Below the pieces are notes generated by a model. The model did no database searches. It had not been told where the DNA came from and saw only the letters and a program-made list of their open reading frames with translations. A program made the translations under genes and the position numbers. A stretch of DNA of 64,000 nucleotides from contig CADCGT010000001.1 in assembly GCA_902801125.1 (NCBI GenBank), forward strand, positions 16,637 to 80,636. Reading direction: 5' to 3'. Of the stretch, positions 51,935-60,564 are shown one piece after another; within the stretch, counting starts at the first letter, position 1, and each line of letters opens with the position of its first letter. Source of the stretch: an uncultured Pseudomonadota bacterium. GTDB taxonomy: Bacteria; Pseudomonadota; Alphaproteobacteria; Rs-D84.

Positions 51935-52483
51935 ATGAAACATTTATTTTTAACTTGTGCGGTTGTGGGTGCAGTTTGCCTTGGGGGTGTGGCGGACGCG
52001 AAAAATTTAACAGTATATTTTTCTGTGTCTGGAAATACCGAACGCGTGGCAAATGCGATTCATGATGTGGCGGGTGGCGATATTGTGAAAATAAATCCGG
52101 TAAACGCGTATCCGGTGGATGACTATCATAATCAAGAATTTACCGATTTGGCACAACGCGAAAAAAATGAAAACGCGCGCCCGGAAATTCAAGATATGAA
52201 TATAAATATGGATGAATATGATACTGTGTTTGTTGGGTATCCGATTTGGTGGGGGTCTATGCCGATGGCGGTTTATACTTTTTTTGATAAATATGATTTA
52301 TCGGGAAAAACGGTTGCGCCGTTTAATACGCACGAAGGTTCGGGTGCCGGTGATTCACATTCGGAAATTGCGCGGTTGGAACCAGATGCAAATGTGGTTG
52401 ATGGATTGACTGTGCGTGGCGGTGATACAACAAACGATTTAAATGATACGGTAAAATCGTGGCTAAACAGAGAAAGTAAATAA
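51935..52483 (+). CDS. Flavodoxin with signal peptide
   Basis: YFSVSGNT, GYPIWWG, FNTHEGSG; N-terminal signal. Confidence 0.9.
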   Translation: MKHLFLTCAVVGAVCLGGVADAKNLTVYFSVSGNTERVANAIHDVAGGDIVKINPVNAYPVDDYHNQEFTDLAQREKNENARPEIQDMNINMDEYDTVFVGYPIWWGSMPMAVYTFFDKYDLSGKTVAPFNTHEGSGAGDSHSEIARLEPDANVVDGLTVRGGDTTNDLNDTVKSWLNRESK

Positions 52484-52484
52484 A

Positions 52485-53027
52485 ATGACAATTTATGATT
52501 ATAATATTCCGATGCCAAATGGTGGTGAATTAAAACTTTCGGATTATCGCGGGCGGGTGTTGTTGATTGTAAATACTGCGACGGGTTGCGGGTTCACACC
52601 ACAATATGAACAATTAGAACAAATTTATGAAAAATATCACGATTCTGGGTTGGAAATAATTGATATTCCGTGTGACCAATTCGGACACCAGGCCCCAGGT
52701 ACAGACGATGAAATCCACGAATTTTGCCAATTGAATTACGATACAAAATTTCCGCAAATGAAAAAGTCTGATGTGAATGGGGAACATGAATTGCCGGTTT
52801 ATACTTTTTTGAAATCAAGGCGCGGTTTCGCCGGTTTTGGTGACCATAAATTGGGTGCGGTGTTGGCGGAAATGTTGAAAAAATCTGATAAAGATTGGGA
52901 TAAAAATCCGGATATAAAATGGAATTTTACAAAATTCTTGGTAAACAGAAATGGTGATGTGGTCGCGCGTTTTGAACCAACCGACGACATGAAAAAACTT
53001 GAAGCAAAAATATCAGAATTGATTTAA
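52485..53027 (+). CDS. Glutathione peroxidase family protein
   Basis: VNTATGCGFTPQY, PCDQFG.Q, IKWNFTKFL. Confidence 0.95.
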   Translation: MTIYDYNIPMPNGGELKLSDYRGRVLLIVNTATGCGFTPQYEQLEQIYEKYHDSGLEIIDIPCDQFGHQAPGTDDEIHEFCQLNYDTKFPQMKKSDVNGEHELPVYTFLKSRRGFAGFGDHKLGAVLAEMLKKSDKDWDKNPDIKWNFTKFLVNRNGDVVARFEPTDDMKKLEAKISELI

Positions 53028-53055
53028 TATAATGGAACGAACAAAAGGGGAAAAA

Positions 53056-53574
53056 ATGAAAGCGTTGGTTGTTTATTTTTCACATACTGGGGAAAACTGG
53101 GTCGGGGGCGGAATTGCAAACCTGGTTCGGGGTAATACCGCCGTTGTCGCAGAATATGTTCGCGATATTGTCGGGGCGGATTTGTTTGAAATTAAAACAG
53201 AAAAATCCTATCCGACAAAATACGATGAATGTACAAATGTCGCCAAAGATGAAATGAAACAAGATGTGCGCCCGCGGTTAAAGTCTTGGCCAAAAGGCGA
53301 TTTGACCGAATATGATGTCATATTTGTTGGTGGACCGGTTTGGTGGGGAACATACCCAATGGCGGTCTTTACATTTTTGGAACGTTTCGATTTGGCGGGT
53401 CGGACAATTATGCCGTTTACAACACATGAAGGTTCCGGCCTTGGTGAATGCGTGCGTGATGTTAAACGCGCGGCGCGCGGGGCAAATGTTAAACCGGGAT
53501 TGGCAATATATGGTTCAAATGCCGCCGATTCGCGTGACGCGGTTGAAAAATGGATAAAAGAAAACCTGGAATAA
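53056..53574 (+). CDS. Flavodoxin
   Basis: VVYFSHTGEN, GNT, PVWWG, FTTHEGSG. Confidence 0.9.
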   Translation: MKALVVYFSHTGENWVGGGIANLVRGNTAVVAEYVRDIVGADLFEIKTEKSYPTKYDECTNVAKDEMKQDVRPRLKSWPKGDLTEYDVIFVGGPVWWGTYPMAVFTFLERFDLAGRTIMPFTTHEGSGLGECVRDVKRAARGANVKPGLAIYGSNAADSRDAVEKWIKENLE

Positions 53575-53591
53575 AAAAGGGGGAAAATAAT

Positions 53592-54548
53592 ATGGACAAG
53601 AAAAAAATAATTGCCGCCGCCGCAATCGGCGCGGTTGTCGGGGCGGGTGGTGCGATTGTTCACAATGTGGTTGCGGAAAGTGAACCGATTGTTTATTTTA
53701 CGCGTGATATTTCGCCGGCGGGGTTGCAACGCGCATATAAAGCCTTGGATTGGACGCCAAAAGGCAAGGTTGGTGTTAAAATGAGTACCGGCGAATCATC
53801 AAAAAGTAATTATCTGCGCCCGGAACTTATCAAAGATTTAATTGGCGAAATTGATGGAACAATCGTCGAATGTAATACCGCATACGGCGGAAATCGGTCG
53901 GACAGTGAATCGCACTGGGCCGCAATACGCGAACGCGGTTTTTTAGATGTCGCGCCGGTTGATATTATGGACGAAGAAGGTTCGATGACATTGCCGGTTG
54001 ATGGCGGAAATGTTTTGAATGAAAACTATGTGGGGACACATTTTGCAAATTATCCGTCGTATGTGGTGCTGTCCCATTTCAAGGGGCATGCGATGGCGGG
54101 ATTCGGTGGCGCAATTAAAAATATATCAATCGGATTTGCAAGTTCCATGGGTAAAAAATGGATTCACAGTGGTGGAAAATCCAAAGAATCTATGTGGGGT
54201 GGCGAACAAAACGCGTTCTTGGAATCTATGGCGGACGCCGCCAAGGCCGTGACAAATTATGTCGGCCGGGACAATATGGTTTATATAAATGTATTGAATC
54301 GCATAAGTATCGATTGTGATTGCGATGGTGACCCCGCCGAACCAGATATTCATGATATTGGTATCTTGGTTTCGCGTGACCCGGTTGCCATTGACCAGGC
54401 CGGTATAGATATGGTATCCAAGGCCGATGGTAATGAAAGCCTTATGCAAAGAATCGCCGAAAAAAACGGCCTGCACACGTTAGAGGCCGCAGAAAAAATC
54501 GGCGTTGGTTCGCGTAAATATAAATTGGTTGATTTAGACAAGGAGTAA
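53592..54548 (+). CDS. DUF362 domain protein
   Basis: VKMSTGE, ECNTAYGG, SHFKGH..GFGGAIKN, CDC, DPVAID. Confidence 0.85.
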   Translation: MDKKKIIAAAAIGAVVGAGGAIVHNVVAESEPIVYFTRDISPAGLQRAYKALDWTPKGKVGVKMSTGESSKSNYLRPELIKDLIGEIDGTIVECNTAYGGNRSDSESHWAAIRERGFLDVAPVDIMDEEGSMTLPVDGGNVLNENYVGTHFANYPSYVVLSHFKGHAMAGFGGAIKNISIGFASSMGKKWIHSGGKSKESMWGGEQNAFLESMADAAKAVTNYVGRDNMVYINVLNRISIDCDCDGDPAEPDIHDIGILVSRDPVAIDQAGIDMVSKADGNESLMQRIAEKNGLHTLEAAEKIGVGSRKYKLVDLDKE

Positions 54549-54552
54549 AATT

Positions 54553-55572
54553 ATGAAGTGGTTGGTTTTGATAATATGTGCGTGTGTTTTGGTGGGGGTG
54601 GTGATTTGGCGTCAATCCAATTCATGGGATAAAGTTTTCCCGCGTGATGAAAATGTCACCGTCCAGAAAGTGCATTTCAAAAATCGCTATGGCATAGATT
54701 TAACCGGCGATTTATATATGCCAAAAAATAAACCGGATGCAAAATTGCCGGCAATCGCGGTGGCGGGGCCGTTCGGCGCGGTCAAAGAACAATCAAGTGG
54801 CCTGTATGCCACCGAGATGGCGCGTCGCGGTTTTATCGCGTTGGCGTTTGACCCGTCCTTTACCGGGGAAAGCGGGGGCGCCGTGCGATATGTGGCGTCG
54901 CCCGATATAAACACCGAAGATTTTTCCGCCGCGGTGGATTATTTGGCAAATCGGGTGGATGTTGATGCCGACAAAATCGGAATTATCGGAATCTGTGGTT
55001 GGGGTGGTATGGCAATAAATGCCGCCGCAATGGATACACGCATTCGGGCGACCGTTGCGTCAACTATGTATGATATGACGCGTGTGACCGCAAATGGATA
55101 CTTTGACGCCGATGATAATGCCGATGCACGGTTTGCCACAAAATCGGCACTGAATGCGCAAAGAACACAAGATTATAAAAACGGTCGGTATGAATTGGCG
55201 GGCGGGGTGGTTGACCCATTGCCAGACGATGCACCAAACTTTGTCAAAGATTACTATGCGTATTATAAAACCCCGCGCGGATATCATAAACGTTCGTTGA
55301 ATTCTAATGGCGGATGGAATAAAACCAGTGCTTTGTCGTTTATGAATATGCCGTTGTTGCAATATGCCGATGAAATTCGCAGCGCGGTATTGCTTGTTCA
55401 CGGTGAAAACGCGCACAGCCGGTATTTTAGTGAAGACGCGTTCAAAAAATTAAAAGGCGATAATAAAGAATTACTGATTGTGCCGAATGCGTCGCATGTT
55501 GACCTGTATGACAATATGGAAAAAATACCGTTTGATAAAATAGAATCTTTTATGCGGGAAAATATGAAATAA
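54553..55572 (+). CDS. Alpha/beta hydrolase
   Basis: GPFGAVKEQ, FDPSFTGESGG, GICGWGG, HVDLYD. Confidence 0.9.
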   Translation: MKWLVLIICACVLVGVVIWRQSNSWDKVFPRDENVTVQKVHFKNRYGIDLTGDLYMPKNKPDAKLPAIAVAGPFGAVKEQSSGLYATEMARRGFIALAFDPSFTGESGGAVRYVASPDINTEDFSAAVDYLANRVDVDADKIGIIGICGWGGMAINAAAMDTRIRATVASTMYDMTRVTANGYFDADDNADARFATKSALNAQRTQDYKNGRYELAGGVVDPLPDDAPNFVKDYYAYYKTPRGYHKRSLNSNGGWNKTSALSFMNMPLLQYADEIRSAVLLVHGENAHSRYFSEDAFKKLKGDNKELLIVPNASHVDLYDNMEKIPFDKIESFMRENMK

Positions 55573-56258
55573 TGTATGATGAAAATGAAATTAGAAATTC
55601 TCTGTATGCGGCGGCGGACGCCGTATACAGGGATTTTAATTCGTCTTTGATTACAACGGTTGATAAAAATTGTGTCATTGGTGTGCGGACACCGCGGTTG
55701 CGCGCAATGGCGAAAAATATGATAAAATCAGAAACAGACAAAGATTTTATTCAAAATTTGCCACATAAATTTTTTGAAGAAAATCAATTGCACGCCTTTG
55801 TTATATCGGAATACCGCGATTTTGATGCGGCGGTGCGGGCGGTTGATAATTTTTTGCCGTATATTGATAACTGGGCAACATGTGACCAAACATCGCCAAA
55901 GGTGTTTGTGAAAAACGCCGAAAAATTATTGCCGTATATCAAAAGATGGATTAAATCAAAACATGCCTATACGGTGCGTTTTGCGGTATTATGCCTTATG
56001 CGATATTTTTTAGACAATGATTTTGATACAAAATATGCCGATATGGTTTTAAATATAAATTCAGATGAATACTATGTAAATATGATGCGGGCATGGTATT
56101 TTGCAACCGCATGCGCAAAGCAATTCGATAAAATTGAACCATATTTTTCAAAACTGGACGGTTGGACGCGTGCGCGTGCGATTCAAAAATCGATTGAATC
56201 ACGGCGCGTGTCGGCGGAACACAAAGAAAAATTAAAAAATTTAAAAAAACTATTCTAG
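55572..56258 (+). CDS. DNA alkylation repair protein (AlkD-like)
   Basis: GVRTP.LR, IDNWATCD, YYVNMMRAW. Confidence 0.85.
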   Translation: MYDENEIRNSLYAAADAVYRDFNSSLITTVDKNCVIGVRTPRLRAMAKNMIKSETDKDFIQNLPHKFFEENQLHAFVISEYRDFDAAVRAVDNFLPYIDNWATCDQTSPKVFVKNAEKLLPYIKRWIKSKHAYTVRFAVLCLMRYFLDNDFDTKYADMVLNINSDEYYVNMMRAWYFATACAKQFDKIEPYFSKLDGWTRARAIQKSIESRRVSAEHKEKLKNLKKLF

Positions 56259-56612
56259 AAATATAATGCCAATCCAAAGTGCGCATACGCAAATTATGGT
56301 TATCATAACAATTGCACTGCCTATATCTTTGGCCTTTTTTGACAAGGGGTGTATTTCCGGACCGATTCTGTCTATTATGGTTTCGATTGCGGTGTTAATC
56401 ATTTCCGCAATAATTATGAACACCAAAGAAAACAACATTATTATGCGCGACAACCCCGATACATCAAGAAAACACAATAACACAGTGGCCAAAACACATA
56501 AAAATATATCTTGGCGAAATGCAGATTCTGATTTATATGTGGCAATTATGCCATCGATTGAATGCATAAATGCATGAAATATTCTGCGCAGCCCCGTTTC
56601 GTTCGATTTCAT
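56250..56612 (-). CDS. dgkA: Diacylglycerol kinase
   Basis: ESAFR, EMINTAIE..ID, KKAKDIGSA. Confidence 0.93.
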   Translation of the reverse strand: MKSNETGLRRIFHAFMHSIDGIIATYKSESAFRQDIFLCVLATVLLCFLDVSGLSRIIMLFSLVFIIIAEMINTAIETIIDRIGPEIHPLSKKAKDIGSAIVMITIICVCALWIGIIFLE

Positions 56613-58009
56613 TTTTTATCCTTTCCCGTGGCAAGTTGATAATACAGGTCGTTTTTTTGTTCCATCATGGATTGTAATTCTTGGTCGGAAAATCGTTCGC
56701 GTAAAGTTTTTGTTCCTTGGCAAGCGGTATCCAATGACACCCCAAGGGCCATTTTGCATCCATCAATCTTGGCACCGGCGGCCGACAACATCGTTGGGAA
56801 AAAATCCATTGCGGATACGGGTCGATGTAAATCTGCGCCTTGGAAAATAGGGGTGTTTATAAATACATTGGCCAATGGTCTGTTTGATATGGTATTTAAT
56901 TTTTTCATCAACGGCCCAGAATGTTGTTTGTGGTCATTCAACAGGATTATAACCGCGGTCGGGTCCGCCGCGCGAAACCATTTTACAAAATCATAGATAA
57001 TTTTATCATCGCATTTTGTGATGTCTTGCGTGGTTTCTTGTTTGAAACCCATATTACGACAGTAATCTGTAAAGAACCCTTCCAAATGGGTGTTGATTGT
57101 TTCCATGAATATAAAATACGGTTGTTTGGATTTAATTATATCTGATAATACGGGTTTGGACCATTCAAATAAAACCCCATCATCGACACCATGAAATGGT
57201 TTTTGTTTTGGTGGGTTTTTTAATTGGGCGTATATTTTTTCGCCGTCAATTACATGGTCAAAACCCATGTGATACATAAAGGATTCTTTTTTGGAAAAAT
57301 TGCCACTTGCCGGGAAAATAGACCATGTTTGATACCCGGCGCGATTTAATATTTTGCCAATGCCGTATGCACCTGTCATTTTATCGGTGTTGCGATAACT
57401 GGTATAGAATAATGGTAATCCGGACACGAACCCGGTAATTGCCGCAATGGTGTGCGACAGGCCGGGTATAGAGTGATAATTTTCAAATGATATATTTTTT
57501 TGCTCCAATTCGGTTATGTATGGGGTCAAGACTTCGCCAAATTTTTCTTGGTCGCCATATACTTTTTCGATGCTTTCAAGTGCGATGATTAAAACATTTC
57601 TTTTTTGTGGCCATTGTATATTCACACTTTGGGGGTCGACATATTCCGTTTCATAAAAGTTTGATTTGGTAAAGTTAAAAAAACTGCCAAATTGGACATT
57701 GCGTATGGCAATCTGGATAATCATAAACGCCGTATAGCACCCAAATACAAGTAATAAAACATTGCGTCTGTATTTGAACCAATGACAAATAAACGCGCCC
57801 AATCCCGCATAAAACAGGGAACGCAAAAGAACCTTGCGAACAAAGGCCCATAAAATTTGGGAATCTGTACCACCAATGCCAGAATTTAATACTATAGCGA
57901 TTTCATCAAAATTTATTCGTCCAAATTGGCCGTATATCCATTTAACCAACCATGCAAAAAATACGATTATAAATAAAGAGATAAAAATTTTGATGAATTT
58001 TTTGTTCAT
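56609..58009 (-). CDS. Phosphoglycerol transferase/LTA-synthase family sulfatase
   Basis: N-terminal TM helices, ALESIE, HTIAA, ETINTH, LNDH, MDFFPT. Confidence 0.85.
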   Translation of the reverse strand: MNKKFIKIFISLFIIVFFAWLVKWIYGQFGRINFDEIAIVLNSGIGGTDSQILWAFVRKVLLRSLFYAGLGAFICHWFKYRRNVLLLVFGCYTAFMIIQIAIRNVQFGSFFNFTKSNFYETEYVDPQSVNIQWPQKRNVLIIALESIEKVYGDQEKFGEVLTPYITELEQKNISFENYHSIPGLSHTIAAITGFVSGLPLFYTSYRNTDKMTGAYGIGKILNRAGYQTWSIFPASGNFSKKESFMYHMGFDHVIDGEKIYAQLKNPPKQKPFHGVDDGVLFEWSKPVLSDIIKSKQPYFIFMETINTHLEGFFTDYCRNMGFKQETTQDITKCDDKIIYDFVKWFRAADPTAVIILLNDHKQHSGPLMKKLNTISNRPLANVFINTPIFQGADLHRPVSAMDFFPTMLSAAGAKIDGCKMALGVSLDTACQGTKTLRERFSDQELQSMMEQKNDLYYQLATGKDKK

Positions 58010-58173
58010 GGTGATTCCTTGGTAAATACAATAGGATTTTAATCGTAATATACTATATATTCAATAAATTTATGTCAATTATCGTTAAAAGTAAGTCCTA
58101 AAACAGGTCAGGGCGGTTTTTTACTTGATTTTTTTCCATATGTTCGTATAATTCGCCCGTGATTTTACGAATT

Positions 58174-58247
58174 GCCCTAATAGTCTAGTGGTAAAACACG
58201 TCCTTGGTAAGGACGAGTCGCAAGTCCGATTCTTGCTTAGGGCACCA
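58174..58247 (+). tRNA. tRNA-Thr(GGT)
   Basis: GCCCTAA...CGTCC-TTGGTAA-GGACG...TTAGGGCACCA. Confidence 0.95.
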
Positions 58248-58472
58248 GAAATATCCCATCTGATTTGCGTTTGTTGATTTTTGTTCGGGTCGTGTATGTC
58301 TAATACACTCCCGTCACAAGAATTGCACAATACGCATCATCTGGAACATTTCTGGCGCCCTGCGGGCACCACCCTTCGCGTCTTTGAGGCTTCATAAATG
58401 GTGTATATCGTGATACAGTTTTGTTTTCTAAATTGAAATCAGAATATGGGGCGAAATAAAAAATTATAGTGC

Positions 58473-58501
58473 TTGAAAATAATAAAATCTTGGTCTAGAA
58501 T
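58473..58501 (+). promoter_or_regulatory. Sigma70-type promoter for the aspS leader
   Basis: TTGAAA-17 bp-TAGAAT. Confidence 0.7.
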
Positions 58502-58509
58502 ACCGGAAA

Positions 58510-58684
58510 GTTTTGGCGGTTATGATGATGTGCCCAACAACCACGGAGTAATCGGCAAAACATTAAAAAAGTGATAAATTCGGGTGGCACCGCGCATAGC
58601 CAATATGCGCCCCGAAAGAGCATTAAAATAACATGGGTGCCAAAATTTCCTGGTTTTGTCGCCCAAAAAGTAAAAGGCGAAAAA
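58510..58684 (+). promoter_or_regulatory. T-box riboswitch, ultrashort stem I, translational type
   Basis: Antiterminator TTCGGG-TGGCACC-GCGCATA/TATGCGC-CCCGAA; K-turn stem I; alternative SD-sequestering helices. Confidence 0.85.
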
Positions 58685-60454
58685 ATGTTATCACTGAAAT
58701 CAAAATACAGAACACATACATGTGGTGAACTGTCGGCCAAAAATGTTGGTGAAACCGTGACACTTTCGGGCTGGGTCCATCGTAAACGCGACCATGGGTC
58801 GTTGCTGTTTATCGACCTGCGCGATAATTATGGAATTACACAGATTGTTATTGATGGCGGAAACGAGGATTTAGAACGCGTGCGCCCGGAATCTGTATTA
58901 CAGGTTGTCGGCAAGGTTGTCGCGCGTGACGCGTCCCAGGTAAATGATAAAATCCCAACCGGGGAAATTGAAATCCAGGTTGAATCTTGGAATGTTTTGA
59001 CATCAGCCGAGGTTTTGCCTTTCCAGGTTTTCGGCGATGAAGATACCAGTGAAGAATTACGGTACAAATATCGGTTCTTGGATTTGCGCCGTGAAAAATT
59101 GCATCACAATATTTTGATGCGCAACAAAATGATAAAATGGTTGCGCGATAAAATGTGGGATTTGGGATTTTCGGAATTTCAGACGCCGTTGCTTACCGCC
59201 GATTCACCCGAAGGTGCGCGCAGTTTCTTGGTTCCATCGCGTTTGCATCATGGTAAATTCTATGCGTTGCCCCAGGCCCCCCAGATGTTCAAACAATTAT
59301 TACAGGTGTCGGGTTTCGACCGGTATTTCCAAATTGCACCGTGTTTTCGTGATGAAGATTTGCGTGCAGACCGTTTGTTAGAATTCTATCAATTAGATTT
59401 AGAAATGTCTTTTGTTGATTTGCCGGATATTCAGGCCGTAGGCGAGGCGGTAATGCCGGAATTTGTGCGGACTTTTTTGCCGACGGCAAATGTATATCCG
59501 GAAATTCCACATATTTCTTTTGATGACGCGATGTTAAAATATGGGTCCGATAAGCCAGATTTGCGTAACCCGATTTTGATTTCTGATGTGACGGAAATTT
59601 TCCGTGGTTCGGATTTTGGAATCTTTGCGAACGCAATTGAAAATGGCGCCGTTGTGCGTGCAATTCCGGCCCCGAACAGCGCGGACAAACCACGTTCGTG
59701 GTTTGATAAACTTGGCGAATATGCCGTGAAAGAATTGGGGCTTGGGGGACTTGCCTATATCGTGTTTGGCGAAGAAGCCAAAGGTCCGGTTGCCAAGAAA
59801 TTGGACGAGGCAAGAATTGCGAAACTGCGCAATGTGGCCGGTGATAATTCTTCGTTGTTCTTTGTGTGCGACGCACAAGAATCGGCGGCCAAGGCGGCGG
59901 GCAGGCTGCGCAACAAATTGGGGGCAGATTTGGGTTTAATCAATGAAAACGATTTTGCGTTTTGTTGGGTTGATAATTTCCCGTTCTTTGAACCCGATGA
60001 AGAACGCGGTGGCGCACCGGCCTTTACACATAACCCATTTTCATACCCGATGGCAACATTGGAAGAATTGTCCACGCGTGACCCGTTCACGATTAAGGCG
60101 GCACAATTTGATATGGTGTTGAATGGTATGGAAATTTGCAGTGGGGGATTGCGCAACTATAACCCGGATGTTATGAAAAAATGTTTCGAAATCGCCGGTT
60201 ATCCAATAGAGGCGGTCGAAAAGAACTTTTCGGGCCTGTATACATCGTTCCAATATGGTGCGCCACCACACGGCGGGTGCGCGTTTGGTATCGAAAGACT
60301 TATTTCAGAAATTTTGGGTAATGGTGACAGTTTGCGTGAAATTGTCGCGTTCCCGGCGAACCAACGCGGACAAGATTTGCTTATGGGGTCACCAAACGAA
60401 GTTACCGAACAGCAACTGCGCGATGTGCATATTCAGGTAAGAAAGAAGAATTAG
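58685..60454 (+). CDS. aspS: Aspartyl-tRNA synthetase, probably non-discriminating
   Basis: YRTHTCG, RDHG, YALPQAPQ, FRDEDLRADR, GAPPHGG.AFG; true start MLSLK. Confidence 0.97.
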   Translation: MLSLKSKYRTHTCGELSAKNVGETVTLSGWVHRKRDHGSLLFIDLRDNYGITQIVIDGGNEDLERVRPESVLQVVGKVVARDASQVNDKIPTGEIEIQVESWNVLTSAEVLPFQVFGDEDTSEELRYKYRFLDLRREKLHHNILMRNKMIKWLRDKMWDLGFSEFQTPLLTADSPEGARSFLVPSRLHHGKFYALPQAPQMFKQLLQVSGFDRYFQIAPCFRDEDLRADRLLEFYQLDLEMSFVDLPDIQAVGEAVMPEFVRTFLPTANVYPEIPHISFDDAMLKYGSDKPDLRNPILISDVTEIFRGSDFGIFANAIENGAVVRAIPAPNSADKPRSWFDKLGEYAVKELGLGGLAYIVFGEEAKGPVAKKLDEARIAKLRNVAGDNSSLFFVCDAQESAAKAAGRLRNKLGADLGLINENDFAFCWVDNFPFFEPDEERGGAPAFTHNPFSYPMATLEELSTRDPFTIKAAQFDMVLNGMEICSGGLRNYNPDVMKKCFEIAGYPIEAVEKNFSGLYTSFQYGAPPHGGCAFGIERLISEILGNGDSLREIVAFPANQRGQDLLMGSPNEVTEQQLRDVHIQVRKKN

Positions 60455-60564
60455 GGTAGAGTGGTTAGTGTAAGTGGTTAGTGGCTAGTGGTGTCTGGAA
60501 TTATTTCGTAATTATGAAATTATGCCAGATTCTACTAACCACTAACACTCGCCACTAACACTAA
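60452..60564 (+). repeat. Heptamer-armed palindromic element, copy 7 (core 60494-60529)
   Basis: Between convergent TAG stops of aspS and the asmA-like gene. Confidence 0.95.

Noticed and set aside
52485-53027. Selenocysteine glutathione peroxidase
   Set aside because: The active-site codon is TGC (Cys) and the frame is uninterrupted.
58571-58684. 38-aa N-terminal extension of AspS from the ORF track
   Set aside because: It overlaps the T-box leader; homology starts at MLSLKSKYRTH (58685).
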